64,000 bases of DNA from Trichosphaerium sp. ATCC 40318 (Eukaryota; Protista; Tubulinea), in assembly GCA_038496445.1 (NCBI GenBank), contig JALMLS010000387.1, forward strand, positions 36,627 to 100,626. Direction: 5' to 3'. This document shows positions 37,493 through 50,196 of the stretch, one piece after another (the stretch's first letter is position 1; every line of letters begins with the position of its first letter). A model generated the notes under the pieces. The model made no database searches. It was given only the letters and a program-made list of their open reading frames with translations, and was not told the DNA's origin. Position numbers and translations under genes: made by a program.

Positions 37493-38107
37493 TTTTGTTG
37501 AGAGTTGTTGTTTCGACTGTTTGATTTGTGAATTATGATTTCTACGCCCAGAAATTTAATAAAAATTGAATTGTTCTTCACGTAATACGCTGGAAATACC
37601 TATCAATCATAACCTTGCCTGATCCAAATCAATCTGAAATACGTTTAATCGAAAGCGAACAATGTGTCTGAACGACTTCAACGACTATAAAAATGTATAA
37701 TAAAGAAGAAAGCTAAAAATCACTTTTTTTTTTTCTACTCGTGATAGAATATCTGTGTCAATCAGAACTGCGGTAAACCTAAATTAAGCTTGAATTCCGC
37801 GCGTGAAACATACAAAAGGTATAGCACCGCTTTTAAAAAGTTTAGCCCGAAAATGCAAAGAATAAATGCAAGGCCTATAAACAATAACTAGGCGCGTGTT
37901 GGGAAAGTAAAGCAGTCTAAAGTTGCTTCTTTACAAAAGTAACAACATTATTCCAAAAAAGGCAAATTTTGAATTTCCACTTGTTTTATTTGGAATAACA
38001 GTTGTTAAAGCGTAAAAAGACAAGCAAGATGCATCAAATTACTTCTGCGTAGTACTTTGGTACAGTTTTGCTTTGATATAATCTATCTAATCGATCTAGG
38101 TAGCTGA

Positions 38108-39372
38108 ATGGACCAACCAGCATCTGTTGCGCTCATAAAGCAACTGCTTGCGGCGGTTAAATCAGTTCCAGGCAATATAGAAATTGTTCAGCCGCTTGTG
38201 AAAGATGATATACCCGGAATGCTTAACGGCGAACTACATAATCCAGTACTTCAGGAAAAGTTCGATTGGCTTTTCGATAATTACATTGAACAGCTCGGTA
38301 ATGTAGAAAAGGTGGCAAGGAAAAAAGTCTGCAAACTCAACGAGCTACTTTCTGATGCAGTAACCTCACAATTCTTCACACCTGAAGAAAAAAAGTTAAA
38401 ACTTCTTACTGTTCTCTCAAAGTTCAATGCACCTCGACAAAAACTACAGAAACTACTTATAGATGCACTAAACAAGGACATCAAAAGGGTGCCTTGTATT
38501 AAAAAAGATGCTGACACGAGAGCGAGAGCAGTTATCATTGATTGGCTTTTGGAAAACTCGGAGGTACAATTTTTTTTGCATAGTTTTATTTTTTGTTCTC
38601 GCTGTTCTCTTACCTGTGTCCTCCGCAGAATCCATACCCTACGGATAGAGAGAAGAAAAAGGTAAGTATAACTTGCATTTCTAAAGCCAGAAGCTCATGT
38701 ATGGGTTAGCTTGCGTATTGTAGCAATATGACATTTGCCGCTACAAAAAAAAAGATTGGTGCAATCAGAAACAAACGAAAAAAACAGTTAACGGAAGTGA
38801 ACAAGAAAAAGAATAAAGAACTTCGGCCAATAACCAAAGCTGTTGTATGGCCTGAAACAGATCCTTGTACACTCACAGAGGAAAACAAGCTCACTGTACC
38901 TCTAAGAGAAGAAACAGGTTTTCTTATACTACCATCAACTCCTTCTACAGAATCGTTTACGTCCTTATCTACAACGTCTTCTACCCTACACACATGTACA
39001 CCAACCGAAGAACTTACATATAACACATACGAGATCCTTGAAGCGCCAATACCAGATCAGGAATTGCCTGAAGGTAGAAGTCAATAGTTTTTTTTGGTTT
39101 TTTTTTAACGTGATTTGCTAGACAACCATAACAGCTTCACTGAGGTTGAACAGAATATATTTTGCAGTGATGAATGGTTAGACTCTTCACATGACACGTT
39201 AGAAACATCTGATAACACAAAACCTCTCTTCAAAGAAGTGTCAGATTCGCTATCAGATACGTTTGTACTAGGCTATGTTAGCGAAATTGCGCTTGATGAA
39301 GGGCTTAATACAGAAACTGACAACATGAACATTGAACACGATACAACAATGAGCGATTTATGGTCTTTGTGA
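38108..39372 (+). CDS. PBC-B-like TALE protein with a degenerate recognition helix (class A, copy A3; 4 exons)
   Basis: RARAVIIDWLLENSE|NPYPTDREKKK|LAYCSNMTFAATKKKIGAIRNKR. KFNAPRQKLQKLL upstream; acidic tail. Confidence 0.8.
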
Positions 39373-40077
39373 ATGACTCCCTAGCAAGGCGCCAAATGTA
39401 CATTTAGAAGAATAAAAGAGAGACTGAAATTTATTTTAGCTTTTATTAATTGTAAAACCCGTGTCGTTGTGTTCTAGACGTACAGAAAGTACATTGACGA
39501 GCGTAGGATCACCAATACCTTGGTTGTTGTAAGTTGCGAAAACGAACTCCAAAAAAGGAGAATTTTTATCTTAGCTTTTACTACGCTCAGTTGTTGCTGT
39601 GTACAATTAGACAAGACATTTAGTATTTACGAGTAGGCTTCATTTATTTACGCGCCATATAAATGCAAACTACAAAAAGTGCTATTATAAGAACATTCAG
39701 ACGTTTAGATTGACGAGGAATTTCAATCTTGCAAAGTGATTGCAAAAATGGTGAAAGCATAAATAAAAACAAACTATTCGCATAGATATCATTCGCATTG
39801 TCTTAACACTCGCGTATAGCGTCTGTCGGAGATGTTAAAATATATTTAAAAAAAACTTGTTTTATCGTCCTTCAAACACATCAAAAACCAAATTTATGCA
39901 AAAAGAACGTCAGCAAAAGAGTTATTCCTAATATTTACGAATTTTCAATAGTGAGTGCAAAACGTGTGAATAGATTTGGGTTGATATTAGGTTTTTAACT
40001 ACCCAAATTCTAGAACGAAAAAGAACATTAATCAAAACTCACTCAAACAACAAGCACTCAAACAACAAGCAACAAAA

Positions 40078-41350
40078 ATGGATGAAACTAACCACAACTC
40101 TATCACCAGCATTATAAACAGACTATCAGAAGTTTCAATCGCTCCAAAAGAAGAACACATAGTTCGTGTTGTTTCTTTGAACGACTTGATAATGCGATTC
40201 AATCGTCAGCTTACTACCCAACTTATCCAAGAAAAAGTCGATTATGTATACAGCCAATACCTTTTGTCTGTTAATAGCCTTGAAGCTATGGTAAGAACCC
40301 GAGTGGAAAGACTTCGTGAAATGCTTTCTGAAGACGAGGTCAAGTGTCTCTTCACAGTCGACGAAATCAAGATAAAACTGCATTCAGCTTCTTGCAAGTT
40401 CAACTCTGTACGTTTGGCATACCAAACCAAACTCTTTGCAGCTGTTGGAGCAGAGATTGCAAGACTCGCTACTTTGCCAACACACAAAAGAATTCCAGCA
40501 AGAGCAAAACGTATTCTCGTCAACTGGCTCTTCACCCACGCTGAGGTACGATTTTTATACAATTTTTTCACTCAAGTCGTAATTCTTGGTTGCAACTTTC
40601 TTCTTACATTCTTTTCTCTAGAACCCATACCCTCGCTTGGATGAAAGAAAAAGACTCGCTTACTACTGCGACTTGACCTGCTCTGTAGTCAAAACCTGGT
40701 TCAACAACAACAGGAATAGACGTCATGAAGATCTACAACAATGGATTGATGATGGAATGAACCAAGCAAACCCTGCTGTCACCCCTGTAGCCCCACCTAC
40801 AGCTCCTACAACTGCGCCGGCTCCTTCAGTGACTCGCGTTCCAGTTGTGCCTACTCCTACTCCAGCACCTGCTCCTATTGTAGCACCTGCTCCTTTCGTT
40901 GTACCTACTCCAGCAGCTGCTCCACCAGTTGTACTTGCTCCAAGACAAGCAGCTCCTCGCCCAGTAGTACGAGCACAACAACTTGCCCCAAGACAACATA
41001 GCGCACCTACCTCAACTAACCCTCAGCGTACGTCAAACTACTTCTATTAATCAATGTTACCTAGTACTTATTCCTTTTTTGTAGCTGCTAACGCACCTTT
41101 CGCAATGTACATCCAGCCTGAAGTTAACATGTTGACTGACGGCATGCCTGGATATCTTCACGCACCTACTGATGATGAATTGATGCCTCCTGTTTTCAAT
41201 GGTGCCATGTTACCTAGTGATTCTTTGGATGTTGAAATGCCAAACCAAGTGACGCCACAAAATGTCGATGACCTGCTTGCAGACTTTATCGATGATGCTG
41301 TAGATGTATATCTATTCGCAGACTTGGAACCATTCAACCTAAACAACTAA
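40078..41350 (+). CDS. TALE homeodomain protein with PBC-B-like domain (class A, copy A4; 3 exons)
   Basis: RAKRILVNWLFTHAE|NPYPRLDERKRLAYYCDLTCSVVKTWFNNNRNRR (intron 40546-40621). Pro/Ala linker and acidic tail. Confidence 0.92.
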
Positions 41351-41867
41351 TCTTATAAACCGAAACGTCCAAACCAGAAGAACAGAAAAAACACCAAAAA
41401 ACTTTACATACTTTTGTCTCATCAACAGCACAGAAATACAAATCTCGTTGCTCTCTTACATTGAAAAATCTTTAATAAAGTACCCATTAGTATCATACAT
41501 CGTAATTAATCATCAATCACATTATTACTGATAATAAAGAAATACCATACTACGAATTAGGGCACATGATAATCCAAAAGGTCACTTTGTATGAAATCAA
41601 TCTATATCAACGAATCAATCTAAGTACACACTTGTTGGCTGATAGATATTTGTAATCAATACTAGGGTTACCCTAGAAAAGATAATCAATCTGGTAACGA
41701 TAAGGGGAGGGGTCACTTGAAAAATGAAACGTGATGTTGGAGTTTAAAAAAAACTATTGTATACTTTTATTCACATTATTATAAATACAATCAAAGGCGT
41801 TCTTATGTACAGACACATCAAAACCTCGGTTTATGTCCTTTGCGTGTCAACTGTTATTACTACAGAA

Positions 41868-44446
41868 TCAACGTTTTCTACCTCTACCTTTCCTCCTTGG
41901 TCTTTTTTTAGGAGAAGTCGTAGAGTTACCAACATTTGGGTTCGATAGAGATACAACTTGTCCTTCTTTGATCTCTTTTTGGTCCATAGCTTCTATTTTA
42001 TCTTTTGCTTCAATATAAAGCATCAAATCACGAACTTGCTCCTAATAAAAGTGAGTTTAGATAACAACAAACGCCGAACACTAAAATTAAATATAAAATC
42101 AGTCTGTGAGCTTAAAAAGAGCTATGTATGATTCTATAAACGCCTCAATGCTATTTTCGAAAACCCAAACGTATTTAGAGGTACGCCAAGGAAGAAAAAT
42201 GCAAAAAAGCGGAAAAATGAATTAAAAACGTTTTTTCAGTACCTGCAACTCCTGAATTTTCTTATCTTTATCCACATCGTTATCAACCTCTCTAGCTTTC
42301 AAGTATTCTATCTTCTTACGATACTCATCTTGATTTTCTTGCATTGCCTTATTGACATTTCGTAAAAACTCAGATTCTTGCATTAAATCATTCATCTTCT
42401 TCTCCAAGTCCTTTGTACGGCATTTTAAACGTTGTTTTTCGCTTTCAACAGTTTGTAGACGCTTTGCGCAATCTATTTTCTGACCAAGCAGTTGGGCATA
42501 CTGATCCTCCATAAACGCTAGTTTACCGGTTTTCTGGTGATGCACCATTGCTAGCTGCTTTTCGAAGTAGTCTCGCTGTGTTTCGAGCTGCGCTGTAAGA
42601 AGGTAGGAGTACTCCAAGGATAGAGCATCTAGCTTACCCTACAAATGATTTAGACAGAGTTTGGAAAATGTATCGGGCGAAGAAAAGTCTGGAAAATCTC
42701 TAGAATTCTTGATTTCCACTACGCGTACCATATACTCCTTTCCTTTAGCCTTAGAGTACTTTGGATCTTCTTCACCGCTCATTCCAGGGTCCGGTAATGC
42801 GATTAATTTACCGTCAGCTTCATTTCTGACAAGTCTACAAAAAAAATCAGAAAAACTGCTATAAAACTGAATAAAAGTATCGCAAACACTACAAAGCATT
42901 GAGTGCTCCACAAACATGCACAAGAGTTCAAAAAAATTCTACAAAAAGCCATCTACGCGTACCTATGCACGTAGCCATCACTAGTATAATCCCAGACACG
43001 TTGCGTTTCCAACTCGAGTGCATAAGTATGTCTGCTTTGCTCGAAATGTTGAAAAGCGTGAGAGTTAACATAGCGTCCACAACCCACGTGACCACATACT
43101 AAGCATATCCAAAGAGCCTTTGACGAACCACAACCATGGCATTGAGTCTTTGAACCATTTGGTTGTTGAACATGACGACAAACTGGACAAGAATTATCTT
43201 CTCGCCACTTCCTTAGGCAGTGGCAATGAAAGTAGTGATTGCATAGTATAGTAACAATACCAGTTGCTGAACCATCCAATCGCTCTAGAATACACGTTGG
43301 TAAGCATTAATCACCAAAAAATAACAAATGTTTTTTGCTTTTTTTTGTGGATTAAAATGAATGTCTCCTGACGATTGTCGCGTACTTGCCCTTAATTGAC
43401 AAGCACACTGAAAGATACGCTTTAGGAATTTTTTATTGCTCCTTGGAGGCTGTGACACCGATTGAATTGCGGCGCACACGGTTTAAGAGCTTAAAATAAA
43501 AAAAACAAAAAAAAATTGTACCTAAGCACACCGGACACGTTGGTAACTCCTTTTCCATCTGATGTGGGAATATAGATGACTTTGAGTCAACAAAGTCAAC
43601 TCCTTTAGCAAACACTGGATAAGCTACTTCATCACCCTGTAAACAATAAGTCAGAATACCCTCAGAGGTGTCAAAATGTGTCAAATGACATTTTCGGATA
43701 AAAAACCCAGAAAGGCTTAATTATTTAGATTTTGGGCATATTAACGCCCCTCATGACTCAAAATACTGTCAAGTAGGGGAGCTGGATATCCCGTATTACG
43801 TTTTTTTCGCATTTATGAAAAAAAAAACTGATCACATGTTCATCACGTGAGAAGTAACTTACCAGTGAAGAGAATTCTTTTCCATAATAATGAAGATAGA
43901 ATTCATCAGCATGCTTTTGCTCTCTAAAATTAGCCAATACCATGTAACGTTGACTTGATGCATCACTAGTGAGGTAAAAAAGTCAGCCAAAATGAATTTC
44001 AGGTGACGTCATAATAACTGGGCGAATTGACGTGAATCAAAGCTATTCTCATACCTCAATACGCGCATGCCATCCATGTCTGCTATAAATGCTCCACACC
44101 AAGTAATAAAATCAGCAACCAAAATATAACTCGGTACTGCGAGTATTAGGATCAATCGTGAAGTTAGCTTCTAATTTGCTGCGGTTAGCGAGGATTTGAC
44201 AAGAAATAACGGTAAATGCCGTTTATAACGTACAGGAAGTTTACCGCGCTCATGTACGATACCATGCGCTTCTGCATCTCGCAATAAATGAATCACACCC
44301 TTAGTAATATGCACCGAAGGGTTTCCTGCAAAAAAATGGACAGTGCTACCACACACACCATTAGAACTCGTTTGATCTTTTTTAGGTGATTGGAGCGCCA
44401 TTGCTTCTGTTTTAGGGTCTTCACACTGTACTACCACTGAGAACAT
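41868..44446 (-). CDS. BRAP: BRCA1-associated protein 2 (BRAP2/IMP/ETP1) E3 ligase, multi-exon
   Basis: GNPSVHITKGVIHL, ELPTCPVCL, RING CNHYFHCHCL..W..CPVCR, ZnF-UBP LWICLVCGHVGCGRY..HA, QRVWDY..DGYVHR, EYSYLLTAQLETQR.YFE, EQVRDLM. Confidence 0.95.
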
Positions 44447-45306
44447 TCATTTAGGTGTTCGCAAAAGCAAGCAGCGGCCGCTTTGGTACGTTTGGCTGTT
44501 ATTTTTGTAAACTTAAGCTTCTTAAGTTAAAATGAGAAAGGGAGAAGATAGGGCGATATAGTGCACCCGTTTTTGTAGTGGCAATAAAATCAGACTGGTA
44601 TGTAGTCAAAATTATGAGAATACGTACCAGATGTCGCTTTGTGTCCTTTGGCTACGATAGGTATACTTTATCGTGTAACGACACGATCACTCACCGATCC
44701 CTAGCTTGTTGTCTTTCTTGTATTTTTTTGGGCATAAAGTCGTGATAGACATTTGTGATAGCGTATTGTGTTTTATTTGCTGGGATACAGATAAGAAAAC
44801 GAGAAAGTTGATTTGCCAACAGCACCGCTTAAGGGTACTTAAGTGTATGAGACAACACGCCTTTTTCACGTTGCTTCAATGATAAATCGAGTACCACAGG
44901 TGCGGTATTATGACAAAATCCGAATTTTCCCAAAAAGGTAATTATACTTGAGCCGTAGTTGTCGAAATGATTTGTGACACTACTTTTCTCATGATATGAC
45001 GGATGTACGCATAACCACATTAGCTCGGATAAACTTTTTGCGCAACCGCGGTAATACTAGTTCACCCGTCACCCGGTGACAAAAGGAGAAGTTCAAGCCC
45101 AAAAAACTCCGCAACACGTTGCTATATTCATGAGATAACAAGTTCGCTAGATCCAAGTAAATACAAGAACTTGTGTGTAAAGTTAGGTGCAACACAGACT
45201 TTTTCCTAATTTTGTTGGAAAACGGCACAAAAAGGGAGAGACGTAGATAAAGGGAGGTGCATTTATTGTACAGTTATTTTGTTTGTTCTGTTGTTTTCTT
45301 TTCTTT

Positions 45307-46081
45307 TTAGTCTACAGATACTTTTGTTCGGTTCTTATGTATTGGTGTATTGGTGTACCCTTGTCCCCAAACGTAGTATTGAGGTGATGATAAAATAACG
45401 GGGTTGAACTGTTTTTTATCATCTACGCTTTGACGGTTTTGCGTAGCAACATGCATTGGTGGTAGTCTCGCTAATGGAGGGAGAATATCATATTGGGTAT
45501 GTGTACGTTGAGGACAACAGTTGATTACCATATTAGGTGTTGAGCCAGTAGATAGCTTTAAGACGCCCTGACTGATTAGACTAGCAATAGAAGGTAGTAT
45601 TGGTTTATAAAAGCAAACCTTTGACTCCAATTTCCATCTATACAAGATTAGCAACACCTTTTCATATCCCTCCGATTTTGGATTTGACGTACTTGTCTTG
45701 TGAAATAAGCTTATTATTGTGCGTTGATGATGCTTTTTTCTTTGTTGGTTTAGCATGATTATGGTCATGGATGTAGCAAACGTCTCTATAACATATAATA
45801 TCAGTATCTGACGTATTTCTAAGCAGAAAAAGTAGCAAGTAGACGCACATAAAAGTGTTGTTTTCGCTGTTTTGTTGAACGTGTTTCTTCGCTGGGCAAG
45901 AGCGTAGAGCACAACGATAGTACGTGCGCTTATTCTGTGATGCTTTGAGTACGCGATTGCCAATGTTACGCCACTTCCAACCGTCGCAAGTTGTCTTGTA
46001 TTCAGCGCGTACTTGTAGCATACGCATGTTTGTAGAATTGTATTCAAAAGAGCCTCTCATCTGTCTTGTTTGATTATTCAT
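45307..46081 (-). CDS. Divergent WRKY-domain transcription factor
   Basis: DGWKWRNIGNRVLK..RTYYRCALRSCPAKKHVQ. Removing a 63-nt intron (45786-45848) yields ..CYIHDHNH, giving a C-x4-C..H-x-H zinc finger. 3' exons uncertain. Confidence 0.8.
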
Positions 46082-48891
46082 TTATATGGTTAGAATACGT
46101 CTCTACAAAGTCTTTGTTAACGATACGTTGCTTGAATATCACAGAAGAAGCCGGTTTTTGATAAAAAAGTTGAAAGCGGTTTTTGAAACGACGCCAAGTT
46201 TTCATAGATTCAAAAAAAGGGTGCCCCTGAACCGTCAACCTTATGCACTATGCAATGGGTGGACTGGAATTGAGTAGGAAAAGTATCTAATGCTTTACTT
46301 CGAAGTAGTTTTGTGCAGACGCTTATGTGTTGTTTAATATAAACTTACGCTTATAATTTCTCTTTTAGTATCTAGCGAAGAGTTGTATTGCTGTTGATGT
46401 TGCTCTAATTATGGATTAAGAATGCTCTTTGGTAACAAAACCAAGAAATTTGATAATTTTCTATTTAGTTCTCTTATAAAATTGTATCACGGTCTCCTTA
46501 CAGCTAATAAAATACATATTTTTTTTGGTGAACTTTGAATTTGTTCCTTCACTAGTTCGTTTTTCTAAACCAACCGGTTTTGGAAGACGAAAATGGTCAA
46601 CAATCTGAGATTTTCTTAGCTGGATGAAAAACACTAGTATATGTAGTGTAGGTACCTTTTCCGTTCGGATTTCGTACTGATCCAAGTTTAGAACAAGAGT
46701 GTACATCTTTATGAAAAGGGCATACGAAAAAAATTCTGTTGACTTTTTTTTTTTCGACTCGGAAATAAGTTCATTCAATACCAAACTAAAAACGCTTCAT
46801 AGGCGTATTTGATTAAATTCACGTGCTAAAAAGCATAATTTTAAGCTCCCTGATATCTAAACTCGGAAAGAGCTTTTATGCCCGCCACCATTCAGTATAT
46901 TGTCATAAATACCATTATACAGCGTATTTATGATAATTAGTACGAGAGAAAGATGTCTTCAGATAGATCTCATTTCTGTGGTGTCTACGTGTTTCATGTG
47001 GAAAATAATACTCGGAATATAATAACCATACGCGTGTACTAAATGTATGGTATGTTAACGTTGTCGATAATGAGAAGCACGTACTTTAATTTGAAAACTT
47101 TTGACACTCTAAACTTGACAACGCTGATTACCGTACGTTGGTGTAAATGCTCCCGCATGTTCCGTTAACAACTGTTGTACTTTGTTAACAATGTCATTTT
47201 TCAGACTCAGTGTGACGCTGTACAGAGATTACGAAGCTACTAGCAGCTTGAACGCCAAAATTCAGGCGACAGGTGTATTCAGACTACAAAAATTCAGACC
47301 TAAAAACCTTATGCGCTAGTGGTGAGGAACTAGCGGGTGGAGGTCCACAGGTATCTTTTTAAATAAATCTATCACTGGCTTTTTGGCTCTTTTCGTTTTT
47401 CTATTTGTAAGAACGCAAGGCCTACTAACCAGTGTGCTGAATAAGATTTAAAAGTAATGTTTTGTCAAAGTGCAATTTTTTTTTTGTTATAAGTCCAGAA
47501 TTCAGATTTTGCTCAGTACACCCCGACATTTTATTCATATATTCATTACAGACCCATTTCATGGTTTATGATATTGCTATATACTAGTACGTACATATGC
47601 ATGTATTGATAATAATTTTGTATCGCCACATTTCTGACAATCCGAAAAATACAAAAAAAAGTTGAAAAAAATCGGTTTTCAAATTCTGTTTTCGCCTTTT
47701 TTGGGTTTTGTGTTTGCCTGAAATACAGAAATCTGTCGGTACTTATTGGTTCCGGAAGATTTACACTGTTGGTACAGCTAACAATAAAATTTGATCAAAA
47801 AACAACAAACAGGCTGAAAAAAACCAAAAAAGTTTGAAAATATGCCAGTTTTCGCTTGTATGCGAACATTGACGCTAGTAACCAAACGGAAAATATTTAC
47901 TTTCTAGGCGCACAAAAATGTATTTACGAAAGTCTGACGAAACTTTGGGTCTTGAACCAAACAAGCTATCGATTTTTTTAAATTCTACCTTTCTATTAGG
48001 CCTACTATGTATTGTTCCTTGCATCCTGGAGGTAAATTTTTGTACATGCAACTCCGAGTATCGGAGGCCCAAACTCGTTTATTTTCAAAACTATGCAGAT
48101 CCCGGGCTATTTATCCGAAGGTGTCTTGCCTAAAGGCGTGAAAATAAACTGTCTTGTATTTTCTCTGTCAGTGCAGCGAGCCAACAGATTTACGCGTTGA
48201 CTTCTGTTTTAGGCGGAGGAGATCGAAAACTAAAACAAAAACTGCCATGCGATAGCCCACAATGAGTGAGTTGTTGTATTTTGATTGTTGACGTTACAAT
48301 CTACATTAAGCCACTACCGTTTTCTTAAATGTTTAGGACATACTCCATGTTCCCTTCTATCGAGCGTATGCATTGGTAATCAAATGTATTTACTAGATAG
48401 TGTCGATGCAGATTACCAACCAAAAATTACTTTCAGATGTGCAGCTTTCTTTTGTTTCTTAGTAGTCTATTTCACAGCGCTAGGTTTTAGCAAGGTTGCG
48501 AGTCTTTTTATCTATATAAGTATGTATCAATGATATTTGTTTCTCCTTGACTACCAACTACGAAAGCCGTGAAGCTGGGTGACCCTATTACTTTTGAGTT
48601 CCAAAGCCTGGCTTTAGAAACCAACATTGTAACTAGCCATAACAACTGTGGTCAACAAATAGGTACTGAGATGTATTCTTTGTTGCTTTTCCATGCTGGT
48701 ATGTACTGCTTACACTATCCATGTTTTGAACTGGTATTGATTATGCTAGATGGCAAGTGTTGAGAATAAGAGCCGGAATAATGACATACGTCAGGTAATA
48801 GCTAAATAGTAAATAAGTTGCTTACACAGCATATAATGGAGTTGATGCACCTCGTAGGCCATTAGAGCTAGAACCCGATAAATCAAGAGAT

Positions 48892-49409
48892 GAGCTAAAA
48901 AATAGACAAACCTTGCGTAAAACTCACAACAACGTTTATACCTAAAATTGGAAGTATTAGTAATCATTATTATTGTACACGCGCCAACAAACGCGTATTT
49001 ATAAACGATGAAGGCAGGCTTGCAAGAATGCCTTTTTTTGTACTTTTATTTTTTCGTACCTTTTTCATAATTGTTAGTGCGCTGAAGCTACTGCTCTTTA
49101 GCTTACAAAGGTAAACAGTTATGTGCACCCATAACGACTTTATCGTCATTGTTTTTACATTTAGTTGAAGCCCAGATACCCTTTTTGTACATGAAAAAAA
49201 AACCAATCAATTAAAAAGAATCACGTGACAAATTCTCAAGCGTAGAATTTGATTCTAGCACTCCAGTACGCTTGTGACGTGTAAGAGATACAACAAGTAA
49301 ATTGTATTATTAAAATCACGTGATTTTTTGCGTTATGACAATAATCAAAGAACGTACGGTTTGTGCACACCTTTAACATAGTTAGTGTGCGTTATAAAGC
49401 AGAAAAACA
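48892..49409. repeat. Left arm of internal inverted repeat; deleted copy of 58.9-60.25 kb
   Basis: Reverse complement of 51619-52172. Direct match to 58903-59119 joined to 59832-60252. Confidence 0.85.
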
Positions 49410-50196
49410 TTGCGTGATTTTTTTTAATCAAAGTAGTGACAAAATAAAGACCGGCTTCAAGACGAAAAAAAAAGTCAAAAACAAAAAGCATACAGTTTTT
49501 CTTTTTTTTTGCCTATGACACACTTTCAAATGATGAAAGAGCAGTGGGAGATCTACAGTTTAGCAAATTAGCAATTTGTTCGAAAAAGATATGTAAGGTA
49601 GAGCGCTAATTCACAAATTTTCGAACGGAACAAATACAAATACAAACAAATACAAATACAAACATATTTATGATCTATTTTTCACACAAATTTGTTCGAA
49701 AATACCTTTTTTTTAGTTTTTGGAAGTTAATGATGTTCGAAGTGTTTAAGAAAATGTACGTGAGTGAGTGTATCACGTGCGCTTCCTTTTTAAATGATAC
49801 ATCACGATTTGTTGAGGGTATTTCTGACCAAGAAAAACTGTGAGATTGCAGGTTTTTAGGAAGTTCCTTTTGTGCATCTATTGTGAAACGCGTGCTAAGA
49901 AAAAAGTGTCGAAAACTGTCTGGGCCGATTTAGCTTTTTGCATGGCCAATGAACGACTAGTGACGGTTTGGTGGTTATGATGTGGACGCTTTGACTTTTT
50001 CTAAATAACTTTTCTTGTTCTAAAAAACTGTTCTGCTAAACGCTTTGTTACATTGCGGAATGTTTGTTTGAAATGTTTTCTGTCATTACACACATTCAAT
50101 ACACTGCATTTTGTTCACGTATTAGTTAAGTCCAGTAGCCAAACATCTAGATCGTCATAACATTCGCAAACAAGCACATCAACTACAAGCTACAAC

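Noticed and set aside
25908-41350. Animal-type Hox cluster
   Set aside because: Eight of nine genes are TALE class with PYP loops, orientations are mixed, and there are no YPWM or other ANTP signatures beyond one WFQNRR.
45307-46047. 246-aa ORF as an independent gene
   Set aside because: It is an alternative frame overlapping the WRKY exons; only its 3' part is likely coding.
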